Shown: positions 21,685 through 38,193, counted from the stretch's first letter. The stretch: 64,000 nt of DNA from Alphaproteobacteria bacterium (GCA_965243135.1 OZ251539.1:1632001-1696000), one strand, 5' to 3'. A program made the numbers and translations. The notes: a model not told the origin generated them from the sequence alone.

Positions 21685-22301
21685 GCGGAAAGACGGTCGG
21701 CGACCGCCTTCTCGACGCGGGAGGAGACGATTTCGACCGGCGCGTCCGCATCGATGACGACGACGCGTTCGGGCTCTTCCTCCGAGATTCCGAGAAAACC
21801 GTCCCGAACCTCCCTATGGAACGCCGCGTCCATGCGTTCGTACCGGTCGAGGCGCCCTTCCCTTCCCTCCAGGCGCTTCATCGCGCGCTCCACGGGAAGA
21901 TCGAGGATCAGGGTCAGATCCGGCCGGAAATCGCCCAGGGCCAGCTTGTACAGCGTCTCTATGGCCGCGGCGGCGACCCCCATGCCGGAACCCTGATAAG
22001 CGCGCGTCGAATCCGCGAACCGGTCGGAAACGACCCAGTCCCCGCGCCGCAAGGCCGGCGCGATCAGCGTGACGTAATGGTCGGCGCGGGCCGCGAATTG
22101 AAGCAACGCCTCGGTAGGCGGATCCCAGGCGATCGTCTCGTCGAGCAACAGTTCGCGAATTTTCTCGGCTCCCGGCGAACCGCCGGGCTCTCGGGTCGCC
22201 ACGACGTCGATTCCGCGCTGCCGCAACGCCTTCGCCAGCAGGCCGGCCTGCGTCGACTTGCCGGTTCCTTCGCCGCCTTCGATCGTTATGAACCTTCCCA
22301 T
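21681..22301 (-). CDS. tmk: Thymidylate kinase
   Basis: FITIEGGEGTGKST, TREPGG, SDRFADSTRAYQG. Confidence 0.96.
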   Translation of the reverse strand: MGRFITIEGGEGTGKSTQAGLLAKALRQRGIDVVATREPGGSPGAEKIRELLLDETIAWDPPTEALLQFAARADHYVTLIAPALRRGDWVVSDRFADSTRAYQGSGMGVAAAAIETLYKLALGDFRPDLTLILDLPVERAMKRLEGREGRLDRYERMDAAFHREVRDGFLGISEEEPERVVVIDADAPVEIVSSRVEKAVADRLSA

Positions 22302-22308
22302 CGACCGG

Positions 22309-23436
22309 TCAGGGCGCTCCGAACAGGAGATGCCGCGCGGCCGAGCCGATGCGCCCGAAGAAACCGAGACGCTCGACGTCCGCGCCGGCGACCAGCGGGA
22401 TTTCCAGAGCTTCCGTAGGGGGCGCGGAGACGACGAGGCTGCCCAGGCGCGCGCCCTTGCGAACCGGAGCGGAAACCGGTTCGACCAACCTGACCGTCAC
22501 CTTCAGCGCGGCGCGGGATTTACGGGAAAGGGACAGCTTCACGTCGCGCGCGATCGTCAACGGCACGCTCGCCTCCCGTCCCAGCCAGACGCTAGCCCTG
22601 TCGACGACTTCGCCCTCCGCGAACAACTGGTAGGGTCGGAAAGCGTTGAAAGCCCAATCCAGCAGGCGCCTGGCCTCGCCCGATCGCCGACGCGCGTTCG
22701 AGAGGCCGTTCAACACCATGACGATGCGCCGTTGGTCGCGGACGGCGGAAGCCGTCAGCCCGTACCCGGACCCCTTCGTATAACCTGTCTTCAGACCGTC
22801 CGCTCCCGTATCGCGATAAAGCAGCGGATTGCGGTTTCCCTGCTTTATCTTATTGTAGACGAACGTTTTTTCCTTGAACATCGCGTAGAGGTCAGGGAAT
22901 TCCTCGATGATGATCCGCGACAGCTTCGCGAGGTCGCGCGCCGACATCCAGTGATCCGGATGAGGCCAGCCGGTCGAGTTGACGAAGTTGCTTCCGGACA
23001 GGCCGAGCTCGCGCGCGCGGCGCGTCATCGAACTGGCGAATTTCTCTTCCGATCCCGCCAGGGCCTCGGCGACCACGATGCAGGCGTCGTTGCCCGACTG
23101 CACGATGATGCCGCGCAGCAGGTCCGATACGCTGACCATTTCTCCGACGCGCACGAACATCTTCGAGCCGCCCTTCTTCCAGGCCTTGCGGCTGATCGGA
23201 AGCATGGATTCCAATTCGAGGTCGCCGCTGCGAAGCGCCTCGAACACCATGTAAACGGTCATCAGCTTGCTCATCGAGGCGGGCGGCATCGGCGCGCTCG
23301 AGTTCTTGTCCAGAAGAACCGTGCCGGTCGACAGGTCGACGATATAGGCATGGGTGGCCGGCGTCTGAACTTGCTGGGCGTGCGCGCCGGCGCAGAAGAA
23401 GACCGCAAAACCGATCAGATGCAGAATGGGTCGCAT
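22309..23436 (-). CDS. dacA: D-alanyl-D-alanine carboxypeptidase
   Basis: Signal peptide, PASMSK (SxxK), SGN, KTG. Confidence 0.93.
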   Translation of the reverse strand: MRPILHLIGFAVFFCAGAHAQQVQTPATHAYIVDLSTGTVLLDKNSSAPMPPASMSKLMTVYMVFEALRSGDLELESMLPISRKAWKKGGSKMFVRVGEMVSVSDLLRGIIVQSGNDACIVVAEALAGSEEKFASSMTRRARELGLSGSNFVNSTGWPHPDHWMSARDLAKLSRIIIEEFPDLYAMFKEKTFVYNKIKQGNRNPLLYRDTGADGLKTGYTKGSGYGLTASAVRDQRRIVMVLNGLSNARRRSGEARRLLDWAFNAFRPYQLFAEGEVVDRASVWLGREASVPLTIARDVKLSLSRKSRAALKVTVRLVEPVSAPVRKGARLGSLVVSAPPTEALEIPLVAGADVERLGFFGRIGSAARHLLFGAP

Positions 23437-23460
23437 GGATTGCCTCGCCAGGGACGCGGA

Positions 23461-24246
23461 TCAGTCTACAATGATCCGGGCTTGGGGAAACCCCGCAAGG
23501 ACGACGCGCTCCAATACCCCGTCGGCCTGCTCCACCGCCCGGAACGGACCGATCCTCACGCGGTAGAAGCGTGCGTTTCCGGCGCGGGCGCGCGTCAGCA
23601 GCGCAGGACCGTGTTTCGATAGCCGCTTGCGGACCCGGGTCGCGTCCGCGACATCGACGAAAGCTCCGGCCTGCACGAAAAGTTCCGGCGCTTTCGTCGG
23701 CGTCCGCGCCTGCCTTGTCCGCGTCGGAAGGGCCGGACCTCCTGCGTCCGGTCGCGGGCCGGAAGCGAGCAGCTTGAGCTGCAGGCTTTCTTCGGCATCG
23801 ATTTCCACCTTCACGGGCGCGGTTCCCTTTTCGCGGAATCCGAGAAGTTCCGCGCCCCGCCGCGACAGGGCGATTATTCGCCCGCGCGTCCGCGGGCCCC
23901 GGTCATTGACCCGCACTTTCAGCGAACGTCCGTTGCCCAGATTGGTTACGTTCACCACGCTGGGCATCGGCAACGTCTTGTGCGCGGCGGAAACGGCGTT
24001 CGCGCTGAACGTCTCGCCGTTCGCCGTGCGGCCGCCTTCCGCAGCGTACCAAGTGGCGACGCCGGTCTCCGCGTAACCGGGATCCTCGGCCGGATAGTAC
24101 CATGTGCCGGCTATCTGGTACGGGCCGCCGATCTCGTAGGCGTATTCGCGCGGACCGGTCGTTTCCGTGAGCTTCTTCGCGCTCTGCACCAGAAACGTGG
24201 TTTCCGCGCAGGCCCCGAGAAACAGAAGCAGCAGAAGGGCCGGCAT
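23461..24246 (-). CDS. rlpA: Septal ring lytic transglycosylase RlpA family lipoprotein
   Basis: Lipobox LGAC, TANGE, AAHKTLP, VNDRGP, C-terminal SPOR domain. Confidence 0.9.
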   Translation of the reverse strand: MPALLLLLFLGACAETTFLVQSAKKLTETTGPREYAYEIGGPYQIAGTWYYPAEDPGYAETGVATWYAAEGGRTANGETFSANAVSAAHKTLPMPSVVNVTNLGNGRSLKVRVNDRGPRTRGRIIALSRRGAELLGFREKGTAPVKVEIDAEESLQLKLLASGPRPDAGGPALPTRTRQARTPTKAPELFVQAGAFVDVADATRVRKRLSKHGPALLTRARAGNARFYRVRIGPFRAVEQADGVLERVVLAGFPQARIIVD

Positions 24247-24248
24247 GC

Positions 24249-25214
24249 CTACCGCCCGGCGATGCGGTCGGACAGGATGCCGACCGCGGTCGCGAAGAAG
24301 TCGGAGCGGTTCCAGCGAAGGAGCGACAGGAAATTGTCGTAAACGAGAAAATACGCGCCTTTCCCGGGCCGGATGAGCGAGGCGGAGAGGTCGCGCCCGG
24401 GCAGGTCGCTTCCGTCGCTCCGCCTTACGCCGAGCGCCTGCCATTCCGATAGGGGTTTCCGAACCTTGCGTCCGATCAGCTTTTCGTCGACGGATCCGAG
24501 GGGCCGGACCGCCCTGCCCCATGTCCGGTCGTTCTTCCAGCCGACCCGGACGAGATAATTGGCGGCGGAAGCGAAGACGTCCGCCCGCGACGTCCAGATG
24601 TCGCGTCTGCCGTCGCCGTCGAAATCGACGGCGTAGTTCCGGAACGACGAGGGCATGAACTGGCTCTGCCCCATGGCGCCAGCCCACGAGCCCTTCATGG
24701 CCGCCGCCGTGATGTGTCCTTCGTCGACGATATGCAGCGCGTTGAACAACTCCTTGCGGAAATACGCCGATCTGCGGCCGTCGTGCGCCAGAGTCGCAAG
24801 GGCGGCGATCACCGAAAATCCGCCCGTCAGCCTGCCGAAGTCGGTTTCCACGCCCCACAGAGCGACGATGAAGCGCGGCTGCACAGGATATCTGGCCGCG
24901 ACCTCGGCGAGCAACGCCGCGTTTTCGCGCAACAGCCGGCGCCCTTTGCGCACCCGGTCTTCGCTGGCGACGCGGGCCAGATAGCGATCGAAGGTCATCG
25001 TGAACTCGGGCTGGCGCCGGTCGAGCTCGATGACCCTGGGAATCGGGCGCAGCCCGCCCAGCGCGTTCTCGATCGTCTCGGGCTTCAGGCCGCGCTCCCG
25101 CGCTTCGGCGCGCGCTTCCTGCAACCAGGTTTCCCAAGTCTCGAAGCCAGGCGCCGCGCATGCGGTTCCAGCGACTGCGGCGGCGAGCGCGACCGCCAGG
25201 ATGGAACGAAACAT
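24249..25214 (-). CDS. mltB: Lytic murein transglycosylase (MltB family)
   Basis: WGVETDFG, GSWAGAMGQSQFMPS, DFDGDG; start could be 25226. Confidence 0.9.
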   Translation of the reverse strand: MFRSILAVALAAAVAGTACAAPGFETWETWLQEARAEARERGLKPETIENALGGLRPIPRVIELDRRQPEFTMTFDRYLARVASEDRVRKGRRLLRENAALLAEVAARYPVQPRFIVALWGVETDFGRLTGGFSVIAALATLAHDGRRSAYFRKELFNALHIVDEGHITAAAMKGSWAGAMGQSQFMPSSFRNYAVDFDGDGRRDIWTSRADVFASAANYLVRVGWKNDRTWGRAVRPLGSVDEKLIGRKVRKPLSEWQALGVRRSDGSDLPGRDLSASLIRPGKGAYFLVYDNFLSLLRWNRSDFFATAVGILSDRIAGR

Positions 25215-25338
25215 GGATTCTCCCACTTCTGCGACGATGCCGAATTCATTACACCGCTCATTACACCGCCGACGCCGACTCGTGAATCGAAAATCCGCGC
25301 CCGCTGGAATTTTCAGTCAGGCGATGTAGTTTCGTCCG

Positions 25339-27159
25339 ATGAACAAAGGCGCGGAATTCGAATGGAGAGCGTTGCGCTCGCTCGCACCCTATCTGTGGTC
25401 GCGGGGAGGGGCGCAGGCGAAACTCCGAGTCGTGACCGCGCTTCTTTTGCTGGCCGCGGCCAAGGCGGCGACCGTCTGCGTTCCCGTGGTCTACGGAAGG
25501 ATCGTGGACCGGCTGGGCGACGGAACCGGGGCGGCGATCGCGCTCCCGGTCGCACTGATCGTCGCGTTCGGCGCGCTTCGCGTGCTTTCGATCGCGTTCG
25601 CGGAACTGCGCGACGCCGTCTTCACCAAAGTCGCCCAGCGGGCGATTCGCGACGTCGCGCTGCGCACCTTCCGGCACCTTCACCGCCTCGCTCTGCGTTA
25701 CCACCTGGAGCGGCAGACCGGCGGCGTGTCGCACGCCATCGAGCGCGGCACCAAGGCGATCGAGTTCCTGCTCCGCTTCACCCTGTTCAACATCGTGCCG
25801 ACGTTTCTCGAGCTCGTGATGGTCTGCGGCATCCTCTGGGCGGCGTTCGACATCTGGTATGCGCTCGCGGTTCTGATTTCGATCGCCGCCTATATCGCCT
25901 ACACCATGGTCGTGACCGAATGGCGCCTGAAATGGCGCCGCGAGATGAACGAAACCGACCAGAGGGCGAACACGCGCGCGATCGACAGCCTGCTCAACTA
26001 CGAAACCGTCAAGTATTTCGGCAACGAGGAATACGAGGCGGAGCGCTACGACAGGGCTCTCGAACGCTACGAACGGGCGTCGGTGATCAGCAAGACCAGC
26101 CTGGCGCTGCTCAATGTCGGCCAGGCCCTCATCGTCGGGGTCAGCCTCACGGTGATCGTGCTGATGGCGGGCGGAGACCTCGTGGACGGCCGGATGACCA
26201 TCGGCGATTTCGTGATGGTCAACACCTATCTGATCCAGCTCTACCTGCCGCTCAACTTTCTCGGCTTCGTGTACCGCGAGATCAAGCAGTCGATCACCGA
26301 CATGGCCTCGATGTTCGACCTTCTCGACATCGCTCCAGAGATCAGCGACCGGCCCGGCGCCGGGCCGCTGGAACCGGGACCGGGAGCGGTCGCGTTCAGA
26401 AACGTCTCTTTCGCCTACGATCCCCGCCGCGCCGTGCTGCGCGGCGTGAGCTTCAGCGTCCCGCCGGGGAAAAAGGTGGCCATCGTCGGGCCGTCGGGCG
26501 CCGGAAAATCGACCATCGGCCGCCTTCTCTTCAGGTTCTACGACGCCGACGAAGGCGCGATTCTGATCGACGGCAAGGACATCGGGGAGGTGACGCAGCG
26601 CAGCCTGCGGACGGCGATCGGCGTCGTGCCGCAGGACTGCGTGCTTTTCAACGACACGATCCATTACAACATCGCCTACGGCCGTCCGGACGCCACGCCG
26701 GCCGAGGTGGAGGAAGCGGCGCGGTCGGCCGCCATACACGATTTCATCGTTTCGACGCCGGACGGCTATCGGACGACGGTCGGCGAACGGGGGCTGAAGC
26801 TGTCCGGCGGCGAGAAGCAGCGCATCGCGATCGCCCGGGCGATCCTGAAGCGGCCGCGCCTTCTATTGTTCGACGAGGCGACCTCGGCGCTCGACACGCG
26901 CACCGAACGGGAAATCCAGTCGGCCCTCGAAGGGATTTCCCGGGATCGGACGACCGTGGTCATCGCGCACCGCCTCTCGACCGTCGTCGACGCGAGCGAA
27001 ATTCTGGTGCTGAACGCGGGACGGATCGTCGAGCGCGGACGCCATGGCGACCTGATCGCCCGGCGCGGGCTCTACGCGTCGATGTGGCGCCAGCAGCTGG
27101 CGGAAAGGCGAACCGGGGCCGACGGAGACGCGCCGCCGCCTTCAGATGGTCAGCCGTAG
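25339..27159 (+). CDS. Atm1/ABCB7-type ABC transporter (permease-ATPase fusion)
   Basis: DSLLNYETVKYF, GPSGAGKST, GERGLKLSGGEKQR, DEATSALD. Confidence 0.93.
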   Translation: MNKGAEFEWRALRSLAPYLWSRGGAQAKLRVVTALLLLAAAKAATVCVPVVYGRIVDRLGDGTGAAIALPVALIVAFGALRVLSIAFAELRDAVFTKVAQRAIRDVALRTFRHLHRLALRYHLERQTGGVSHAIERGTKAIEFLLRFTLFNIVPTFLELVMVCGILWAAFDIWYALAVLISIAAYIAYTMVVTEWRLKWRREMNETDQRANTRAIDSLLNYETVKYFGNEEYEAERYDRALERYERASVISKTSLALLNVGQALIVGVSLTVIVLMAGGDLVDGRMTIGDFVMVNTYLIQLYLPLNFLGFVYREIKQSITDMASMFDLLDIAPEISDRPGAGPLEPGPGAVAFRNVSFAYDPRRAVLRGVSFSVPPGKKVAIVGPSGAGKSTIGRLLFRFYDADEGAILIDGKDIGEVTQRSLRTAIGVVPQDCVLFNDTIHYNIAYGRPDATPAEVEEAARSAAIHDFIVSTPDGYRTTVGERGLKLSGGEKQRIAIARAILKRPRLLLFDEATSALDTRTEREIQSALEGISRDRTTVVIAHRLSTVVDASEILVLNAGRIVERGRHGDLIARRGLYASMWRQQLAERRTGADGDAPPPSDGQP

Positions 27160-27578
27160 CGCTCCCTGGCGCGGGTTTCGAAGGCGCGAACCATTCGCCT
27201 TACGGCCTTGTGAAACAGGGGCTCCATCAGCTTGCGCAGAAGCAGCGAACGGAACTCGAAGTCGATGAAGAAGTCGATATCGCAGCCGCCGTCCGCCGGC
27301 GAGAACAGCCAGCGGTTCTCGAGGCGGCGGAACGGCCCGTCCAGGTATCTCACGTCGATCCGGCTCTTCGGCGTCAGCGAGACTTCCGAGGTGAAACTCT
27401 CCCGCAACGCTCCGAATCGGACGATCATTTTCGCCCGCAACGCGCCGTCCGATCGCTCCAAGACGCGGAGCGCGGCGCACCAGGGTAGAAACGCGGGATA
27501 ATCCTCGACCGCGGCGACCAGCTCGTACAACCGGTCCGGCGCGTACGGAAGGAAGCGCCTCTCCGAATGCGTCGGCAT
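27150..27578 (-). CDS. Coq10/RatA START-domain protein
   Basis: YPAFLPWC, FTSEV, GPFRRLENRWLF, FEFRS; downstream of lipA as usual in alphaproteobacteria. Confidence 0.88.
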   Translation of the reverse strand: MPTHSERRFLPYAPDRLYELVAAVEDYPAFLPWCAALRVLERSDGALRAKMIVRFGALRESFTSEVSLTPKSRIDVRYLDGPFRRLENRWLFSPADGGCDIDFFIDFEFRSLLLRKLMEPLFHKAVRRMVRAFETRARERYG

Positions 27579-27581
27579 GTT

Positions 27582-28506
27582 CTACGCGCCGACTGCGTCA
27601 CGGGCGGCGCGCAACTTTCGGTAATCGCTGTCGGCGTGATACGACGAACGCGTCAGGGGCGACGACGAGACCATCAGAAAGCCCTTCCCGCGCGCCGTCG
27701 CCGCGTAACCGTCGAATTCGCCGGGGGTCACGAAGCGGTCCACTGGATGGTGTTTCGGGGTCGGCTGCAGATACTGGCCGATCGTCAGGAAATCGACCTC
27801 GGCCGCGCGCAGGTCGTCCATCACCTGAAGCACTTCTTCCCTGCCCTCTCCCATCCCGGCCATCAGGCCCGATTTGGTGAAGACCGACGGGTCGAGGCGC
27901 TTCGCCCGGTCCAACAGCCGCAGCGAGTGGAAATAACGGGCGCCGGGACGCACCCTGGGATAGAGCCGCGGGACGGTTTCCAGATTGTGGTTGAACACGT
28001 CGGGCCGGGCCTCCATCACGACTTCTACGGCGCCCTGCTTCCTCAGAAAGTCGGGCGTCAGGACTTCGATGGTGGTCGCGGGCGACGTCTCGCGGATCCG
28101 GCGAATGACGCGGGCGAAATGAGCCGCGCCGCCGTCGTCGAGATCGTCCCGGTCGACCGAGGTGACGACGACGTGGCCGAGTCCGAGTTCGGCGACCGCC
28201 TCGGCCACGCGCCCGGGCTCTCCGGCGTCGAGGGGCCCGGGAATGCCGGTCGCGACGTTGCAGAACGCGCAAGCGCGGGTGCACGTCTCGCCCATGATCA
28301 TCATGGTCGCGTGCCTGTGCGCCCAGCATTCGCCGATGTTGGGACAGGCGGCTTCCTCGCACACCGTGACCAGTCCGAGCCGTCTGAGGATCGTGCGGGT
28401 TTCCTGCCAAACGGGCGAACCCGGCGCCCGCACCCGTATCCAGGGCGGCTTTCGCGGAATCGGGCTGTCCGGACGCCGCGCCTTCTCGGGATGCCGCGGC
28501 GCGGCC

Positions 28507-28529
<23 letters not shown>
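27582..28529 (-). CDS. lipA: Lipoyl synthase
   Basis: [26 protein letters not shown]. Confidence 0.97.
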
Positions 28530-29907
<1,378 letters not shown>

Positions 29908-29920
29908 GCGGTTTCTCCGG

Positions 29921-31123
29921 TCACAGCAGCATCGCCGGCGGATAGGCGACGAAACGCCTGATTTCCGCGAGCAATTCCGCTCCGGTCGCGCCGTCGACGA
30001 CGCGGTGGTCCACCGACAGCGTGCAGGTCATCACCGTCGCCGGCACGATCCGGCCGTCCTTGACGACCGGGCGCGGCTCTCCGGCTCCGACCGCGAGGAT
30101 GCACGCCTGCGGCGGGTTGATCACCGCGTCGAACTGCTTGACGCCGTACATGCCGAGATTGGATACGGAGAAAGAGCCGCCTCGATATTCTTCCGGAGCC
30201 AGGTCGCCGTCGCGGGCGCGGGCGGCGAGATCCTTCATCTCGGAAGAAATCCGCTTCAGCCCCTTGGTTTCCGCCGACCGCAGCACGGGCGTGACGAGTC
30301 CGCCCGGCACCGCGACCGCGACCGCGACGTCGGCGGTCCGGAACCGGCGCAGTTCGTTTTCGTTCTCGTAGGCGACGTTCGCGTCGGGAACGTTCATCAG
30401 GGCGAGCGCGCAAGCGCGCACGACGAAATCGTTCACGGAGATCCTGGTCCCGTCCTGCGCTTCGTTGAGCGCCTTGCGCACCTTGAGCAACTCGTCGATC
30501 TCGCAATCCATCGAGAGGTAGAAATGAGGCACCTGCGTCTTGGCTTCGGTCATGCGGCGGGCGATGACCTTGCGCATGGCGGACAGGCGAACGATTTCGG
30601 AATCGTCGCTCGCCGCAAGCGGCGGCGCCGCGACGGCCGCCTCCACGTCCCGCTTCACGATGCGGCCGCCGGGCCCCGATCCCGCAATTCCGGACAGGTC
30701 CAGTCCGGCCTGCGCCGCCATCCGGCGCGCCAGAGGGCTTGCGCGCGCGCCTCCCGGCAGCGAGGCGCCCGCAGCCGGCCTTTCCGGCGCGGCCGCCGGC
30801 GCGGCGGGCCGCGTTTCCGCCGCGTTCGCGCCGGGCGCTTCGGTCTCCGCCGCGGCGCTCTCCAGCGCCGCGGCGTCCTCGCCCTCCTCCAGCAGCAGTC
30901 CGATGGTCGCGTTGACCGGGACGTTTTCCGTTCCCGCCGCGACCAGCAGGCGGCCGACCGTTCCCTCGTCGACGGCTTCGACCTCCATCGACGCCTTGTC
31001 GGTCTCGATTTCGGCGATCACGTCGCCGGGGTTGACGCGATCGCCCTCCCCGACGTGCCATTTCGCGAGGTTGCCCTCGGTCATCGTCGGCGAAAGCGCC
31101 GGCATGAGTATCTTGATGGTCAT
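29921..31123 (-). CDS. pdhC: Pyruvate dehydrogenase E2 (dihydrolipoamide acetyltransferase)
   Basis: Lipoyl domain ETDKA, E3-binding [22 protein letters not shown]. Confidence 0.95.
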   Translation of the reverse strand: MTIKILMPALSPTMTEGNLAKWHVGEGDRVNPGDVIAEIETDKASMEVEAVDEGTVGRLLVAAGTENVPVNATIGLLLEEGEDAAALESAAAETEAPGANAAETRPAAPAAAPERPAAGASLPGGARASPLARRMAAQAGLDLSGIAGSGPGGRIVKRDVEAAVAAPPLAASDDSEIVRLSAMRKVIARRMTEAKTQVPHFYLSMDCEIDELLKVRKALNEAQDGTRISVNDFVVRACALALMNVPDANVAYENENELRRFRTADVAVAVAVPGGLVTPVLRSAETKGLKRISSEMKDLAARARDGDLAPEEYRGGSFSVSNLGMYGVKQFDAVINPPQACILAVGAGEPRPVVKDGRIVPATVMTCTLSVDHRVVDGATGAELLAEIRRFVAYPPAMLL

Positions 31124-32454
31124 CGCGCGTCGGCGTAGCAGACGGCGAGCGCTGTCCTGACCACGTCCTCTGGCTGCGGCAAGGCGAGTCTCTCCAGGTT
31201 GGCCGCGTAAGGGAGAGGCACGTCGGCCGCGCAAACCCGGGCGACCGGCGCGTCCAGCCAGTCGAAGGCATGTTCCATCATCAACGCCGCGATTTCGGCG
31301 CCGATGCCGGCCGCCGGCCAGCCCTCCTCCACGGAAACGATGCGGTTGGTCTTCTTCACCGATTCGACGACGGTGGCGACGTCGAGCGGACGCAGGGTCC
31401 GCAGATCGATCACCTCGGCTTCGATTCCCTTCGCCGCCAGTTCGTCCGCGGCTTCGAGAGCGTGCCCGACCATGATCGAAAAAGCGGCGATCGTCACGTC
31501 GCTTCCCGTTCGCAGGACCTTAGCCTTCCCGATCGGCACGAGCCAGTCGGGCTCGTCCGGCATGTCGAAGGTCCGGCCGTAGAGGAGCTCGTTTTCGAGG
31601 AATATCACCGGGTTCGGATTCCGGATCGCGGACTTGAGCAGCCCCTTCGCGTCGGCCGCGGAATAGGGAGCGATCACGTGGATGCCGGGAACGTGAGCGT
31701 ACCAGCTCGCGAAGCACTGCGAATGCTGGGCGGCCACCCGGGCGGCGGCCCCGTTGGGGCCGCGGAACACGATCGGGCAACCCATCTGTCCGCCCGACAT
31801 GTAATTGGTCTTGGCGGCGGAGTTGATCAGATGGTCCATCGCCTGCATGGCGAAATTGAAGGTCATGAACTCGACGACGGGCTTCAGGCCGCCGAACGCG
31901 GCGCCGACCCCGAGACCGGTGAAGCCGTGCTCGGTTATCGGCGTGTCGATCACGCGCGCTTCGCCGAACTCTTCGAGCAATCCCTGGCTGACCTTGTAGG
32001 CGCCCTGGTACCGGGCGACCTCCTCGCCCATCAGGAACACGTCCGGATCCGCCCGCATTTCTTCGGCCATGGCGTCGCGGAGGGCTTCGCGCACGGTTTG
32101 CCGGAGCGGGGCCTCCGCCTGAACTTTCGCCTCGGCTTCGGCCTCCGCCTGCACTTTCGTCTCCGCCTGGCTTTCGTCCCGGTCCGGGCCGACGACGGGC
32201 GGAGCGGCCTCGCCGTTCTGAAGCAGGACGCCGATCACCGCGTTCACCTGAACGTTTTCGCTGCCTTCGGCGACCAGAATCCGGCCGAGGACGCCGTCGT
32301 CGACGGCTTCGACTTCCATTGTCGCCTTGTCGGTTTCGATTTCGGCGATCACGTCGCCGGCGTTTATGCGGTCGCCTTCCCGTTTGCGCCATTTCGCCAG
32401 GTTGCCCTCGGTCATGGTCGGCGACAGGGCTGGCATGCGGATTTCGATCGACAT
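31120..32454 (-). CDS. pdhB: Pyruvate dehydrogenase E1 beta with N-terminal lipoyl domain
   Basis: [32 protein letters not shown]. Confidence 0.95.
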   Translation of the reverse strand: MSIEIRMPALSPTMTEGNLAKWRKREGDRINAGDVIAEIETDKATMEVEAVDDGVLGRILVAEGSENVQVNAVIGVLLQNGEAAPPVVGPDRDESQAETKVQAEAEAEAKVQAEAPLRQTVREALRDAMAEEMRADPDVFLMGEEVARYQGAYKVSQGLLEEFGEARVIDTPITEHGFTGLGVGAAFGGLKPVVEFMTFNFAMQAMDHLINSAAKTNYMSGGQMGCPIVFRGPNGAAARVAAQHSQCFASWYAHVPGIHVIAPYSAADAKGLLKSAIRNPNPVIFLENELLYGRTFDMPDEPDWLVPIGKAKVLRTGSDVTIAAFSIMVGHALEAADELAAKGIEAEVIDLRTLRPLDVATVVESVKKTNRIVSVEEGWPAAGIGAEIAALMMEHAFDWLDAPVARVCAADVPLPYAANLERLALPQPEDVVRTALAVCYADAR

Positions 32455-32464
32455 GTTCCGCGCC

Positions 32465-33466
32465 TCAGACAAGGACGTCCGTGTAGAGTTCCGCAGGGTC
32501 CGGTTCCGGGCTGTCGTGAGCGCACTGCGCGGCCTCGGCGACGACGGCGCGGACCGTCCTGTCGATTTCCTTCAGTTCGTCCTCCGTCTTGTCGCCGCCG
32601 TCGACGATGATCGCGCTTAGAGCGGCGATGGGGTCGTGTTTTTCCCGCATTTCCGAAACCTCCTCTTTCGTCCGGTACTTCGCGGGGTCCGACATGGAAT
32701 GGCCGCGGTAGCGGTAGGTCAGCATCTCGAGCACGCATGGACCCTTGTCGGCGCGGCAATTCGCGACGGATTCCGCGGCCGCGTCGCGGACCGCGAGCAC
32801 GTCCATTCCGTCGACCTGTTTTCCGGGTATGCCGTAGGGCTCGCCCATTCGGTAAAGTTCCTTGGCCGCCGACGCCCGGTCGACCGACGTGCCCATGCCG
32901 TAGCGGTTGTTCTCGATGACGTAGACGACCGGAAGGTTCCAGAGGCGCGCCATGTTGAACGCCTCGTGCACCTGCCCCTGGTTGACCGCGCCGTCGCCGA
33001 AGTACGTCAGGCAGACCCCGCCCGTGTTCCGGTATTTGCTCGCGAAGGCGAGTCCGGTTCCGATCGGCACCTGCGCGCCGACGATGCCGTGCCCGCCGTA
33101 GAAATTCTTCGCGCGGGAGAACATGTGCATCGAACCGCCCTTCCCTCGCGAGTATCCGCCGCTGCGGCCTGCGAGTTCCGCCATCACGCCGTTGGGATCC
33201 ATGCCGCAGGCGAGCATATGACCGTGGTCGCGATAGCTGGTGATGACGGAATCCCTCTCGTCGATAGCCGTCTGCATGCCGACGACCACGGCCTCCTGCC
33301 CGATGTAGAGGTGACAGAAACCGCCGATCAGGCCCATGCCGTACATCTGCCCCGCGCGTTCCTCGAAACGGCGTATCAGAAGCATGTCGCGGTAAAGCGC
33401 GAGAAGCGCCTCGGCGTCCCGCTTCCTGCGGGACGCCTTCCCGGTCTTGCCCGCCGCTGCGGCCAT
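32465..33466 (-). CDS. pdhA: Pyruvate dehydrogenase E1 alpha
   Basis: [31 protein letters not shown]. Confidence 0.97.
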   Translation of the reverse strand: MAAAAGKTGKASRRKRDAEALLALYRDMLLIRRFEERAGQMYGMGLIGGFCHLYIGQEAVVVGMQTAIDERDSVITSYRDHGHMLACGMDPNGVMAELAGRSGGYSRGKGGSMHMFSRAKNFYGGHGIVGAQVPIGTGLAFASKYRNTGGVCLTYFGDGAVNQGQVHEAFNMARLWNLPVVYVIENNRYGMGTSVDRASAAKELYRMGEPYGIPGKQVDGMDVLAVRDAAAESVANCRADKGPCVLEMLTYRYRGHSMSDPAKYRTKEEVSEMREKHDPIAALSAIIVDGGDKTEDELKEIDRTVRAVVAEAAQCAHDSPEPDPAELYTDVLV

Positions 33467-33726
33467 GGGCTTCTCCCGAATTGCGTGTATATGCGCGTTT
33501 CCGAATGCCGAAGCAAGAATATAGGAACGACCCGCCTTCGCAACACCCGATTTTCCAGGGGTTCGCGCAGCGCCGGTCTTGCCGGTTGCCGTCCGCGCTC
33601 GTCGCCGCCTTTCGGCCGCCCGAACGGACGGGCGGCCCGGCCAAGGCTCCGGTTTCCCGCGACCGAGTCGAGGCGCCCGCCCCCGAAAGCCGTCCGCGTC
33701 TCAAAGGCGAACCGTCCGTTTCCGGG

Positions 33727-34035
33727 CTACTCCGTCAGGAGATATTCCTTGGGATGCATGAGGCCGGTCATGACGCGCGTGCGTTCGTCGAGCATGTCCG
33801 AATCGATCCCTGCCGAACGCAGAAGGGAGATGCGCCTTTCCATTTCGGCGCGCATGGCCTTGGCCGTCTCCAGTTCCTTTTCGGCCTTCGCCGCTTCCTT
33901 GTGGATTTGCATCCAGGCGATTATGCCGCGGTCGCCGTGAAAGGCGTGCACGCCGAAATAGCACAGCAGAAGCGTGCCGACGATGGGCGCGATCATGCGG
34001 CGCGCTCGCCGCCTGATTTCGAAACCGGTATTCAT
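33727..34035 (-). CDS. Septum formation initiator FtsB/DivIC family
   Basis: TM helix, GDRG, coiled coil, DSDMLDER; downstream of eno. Confidence 0.85.
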   Translation of the reverse strand: MNTGFEIRRRARRMIAPIVGTLLLCYFGVHAFHGDRGIIAWMQIHKEAAKAEKELETAKAMRAEMERRISLLRSAGIDSDMLDERTRVMTGLMHPKEYLLTE

Positions 34036-34068
34036 CGAGACGATCGAATTACATTTCGCACCGGAATG

Positions 34069-35367
<1,299 letters not shown>

Positions 35368-36206
35368 TCAAACGCTTTCCGGCGGCACCGGCTTGGCGAT
35401 CCGGTCTATTTCGATCAACGTCTCAAGAAGCGGCTGCAACTCTTTCAAATATATCATGTTCGGTCCGTCCGATGGCGCGGCGTCGGGATCCTGGTGGGTT
35501 TCCATGAAGACCGCCGCGACGCCCACGGCGACGGCCGCGCGCGCCAGGACGGGCACGAACTCCCGCTGTCCGCCCGAAACCGCGCCCCTGCCGCCCGGCT
35601 GCATGACCGAGTGCGTCGCGTCGAAGACCACCGGGCAGCCGGTGCGGGCGAGTTCCGGCAAGGCGCGCATGTCGGAAACCAGCGTGTTGTAGCCGAAGGA
35701 GACGCCGCGTTCGCACAGCATCACCCGCTCGTTGCCGGCCGCTCGCGCCTTGTCGGCGACGTTCGCCATGTCCCACGGCGCGAGGAACTGCCCCTTCTTG
35801 ATGTTGAGCGCCCTGCCCGTTTTCGCCGCGGCCACGATCAGATCGGTTTGGCGGCAAAGAAACGCGGGAATCTGGAGCACGTCCGCCGCCTCGGCCACGG
35901 GCGCGCACTGATCCGGAAGGTGGACGTCGGTGAGCACCGGACAGCCGCGCGTCTCCCTGATCTCGGCCAGGATGGGCAGGCTTTCCTTCAGGCCCAGGCC
36001 GCGGGGGCTGCCGATCGAGGTCCGGTTCGCCTTGTCGAAGGACGTCTTGTAGATCAGCCCGATGCCGAGCGAGGCCGCCGTCTCGGCCAGCGCCGCCGAC
36101 ATTTCCAGCGCGTGAGCGCGGCTCTCGAGGGCGCACGGACCCGCGATCAACGCCAGCGGCGCGTCGTTCGCGACGGAGACGCCGCCGATATCGACCCGCG
36201 CCGCCA

Positions 36207-36207
<1 letters not shown>
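35368..36207 (-). CDS. kdsA: KDO8P synthase
   Basis: [30 protein letters not shown]. Confidence 0.97.

Positions 36208-38193
<1,986 letters not shown>

Noticed and set aside
25215-25338. tRNA between mltB and the ABC transporter
   Set aside because: No T-loop or cloverleaf; only a short CATTACACCGC direct repeat (two copies)
27150-27578. RatA as a toxin-antitoxin module
   Set aside because: No RatB partner; this is the usual Coq10-like START protein next to lipA
33467-33726. Riboswitch upstream of pdhA
   Set aside because: GC hairpins are present but no TPP or other riboswitch consensus was recognised
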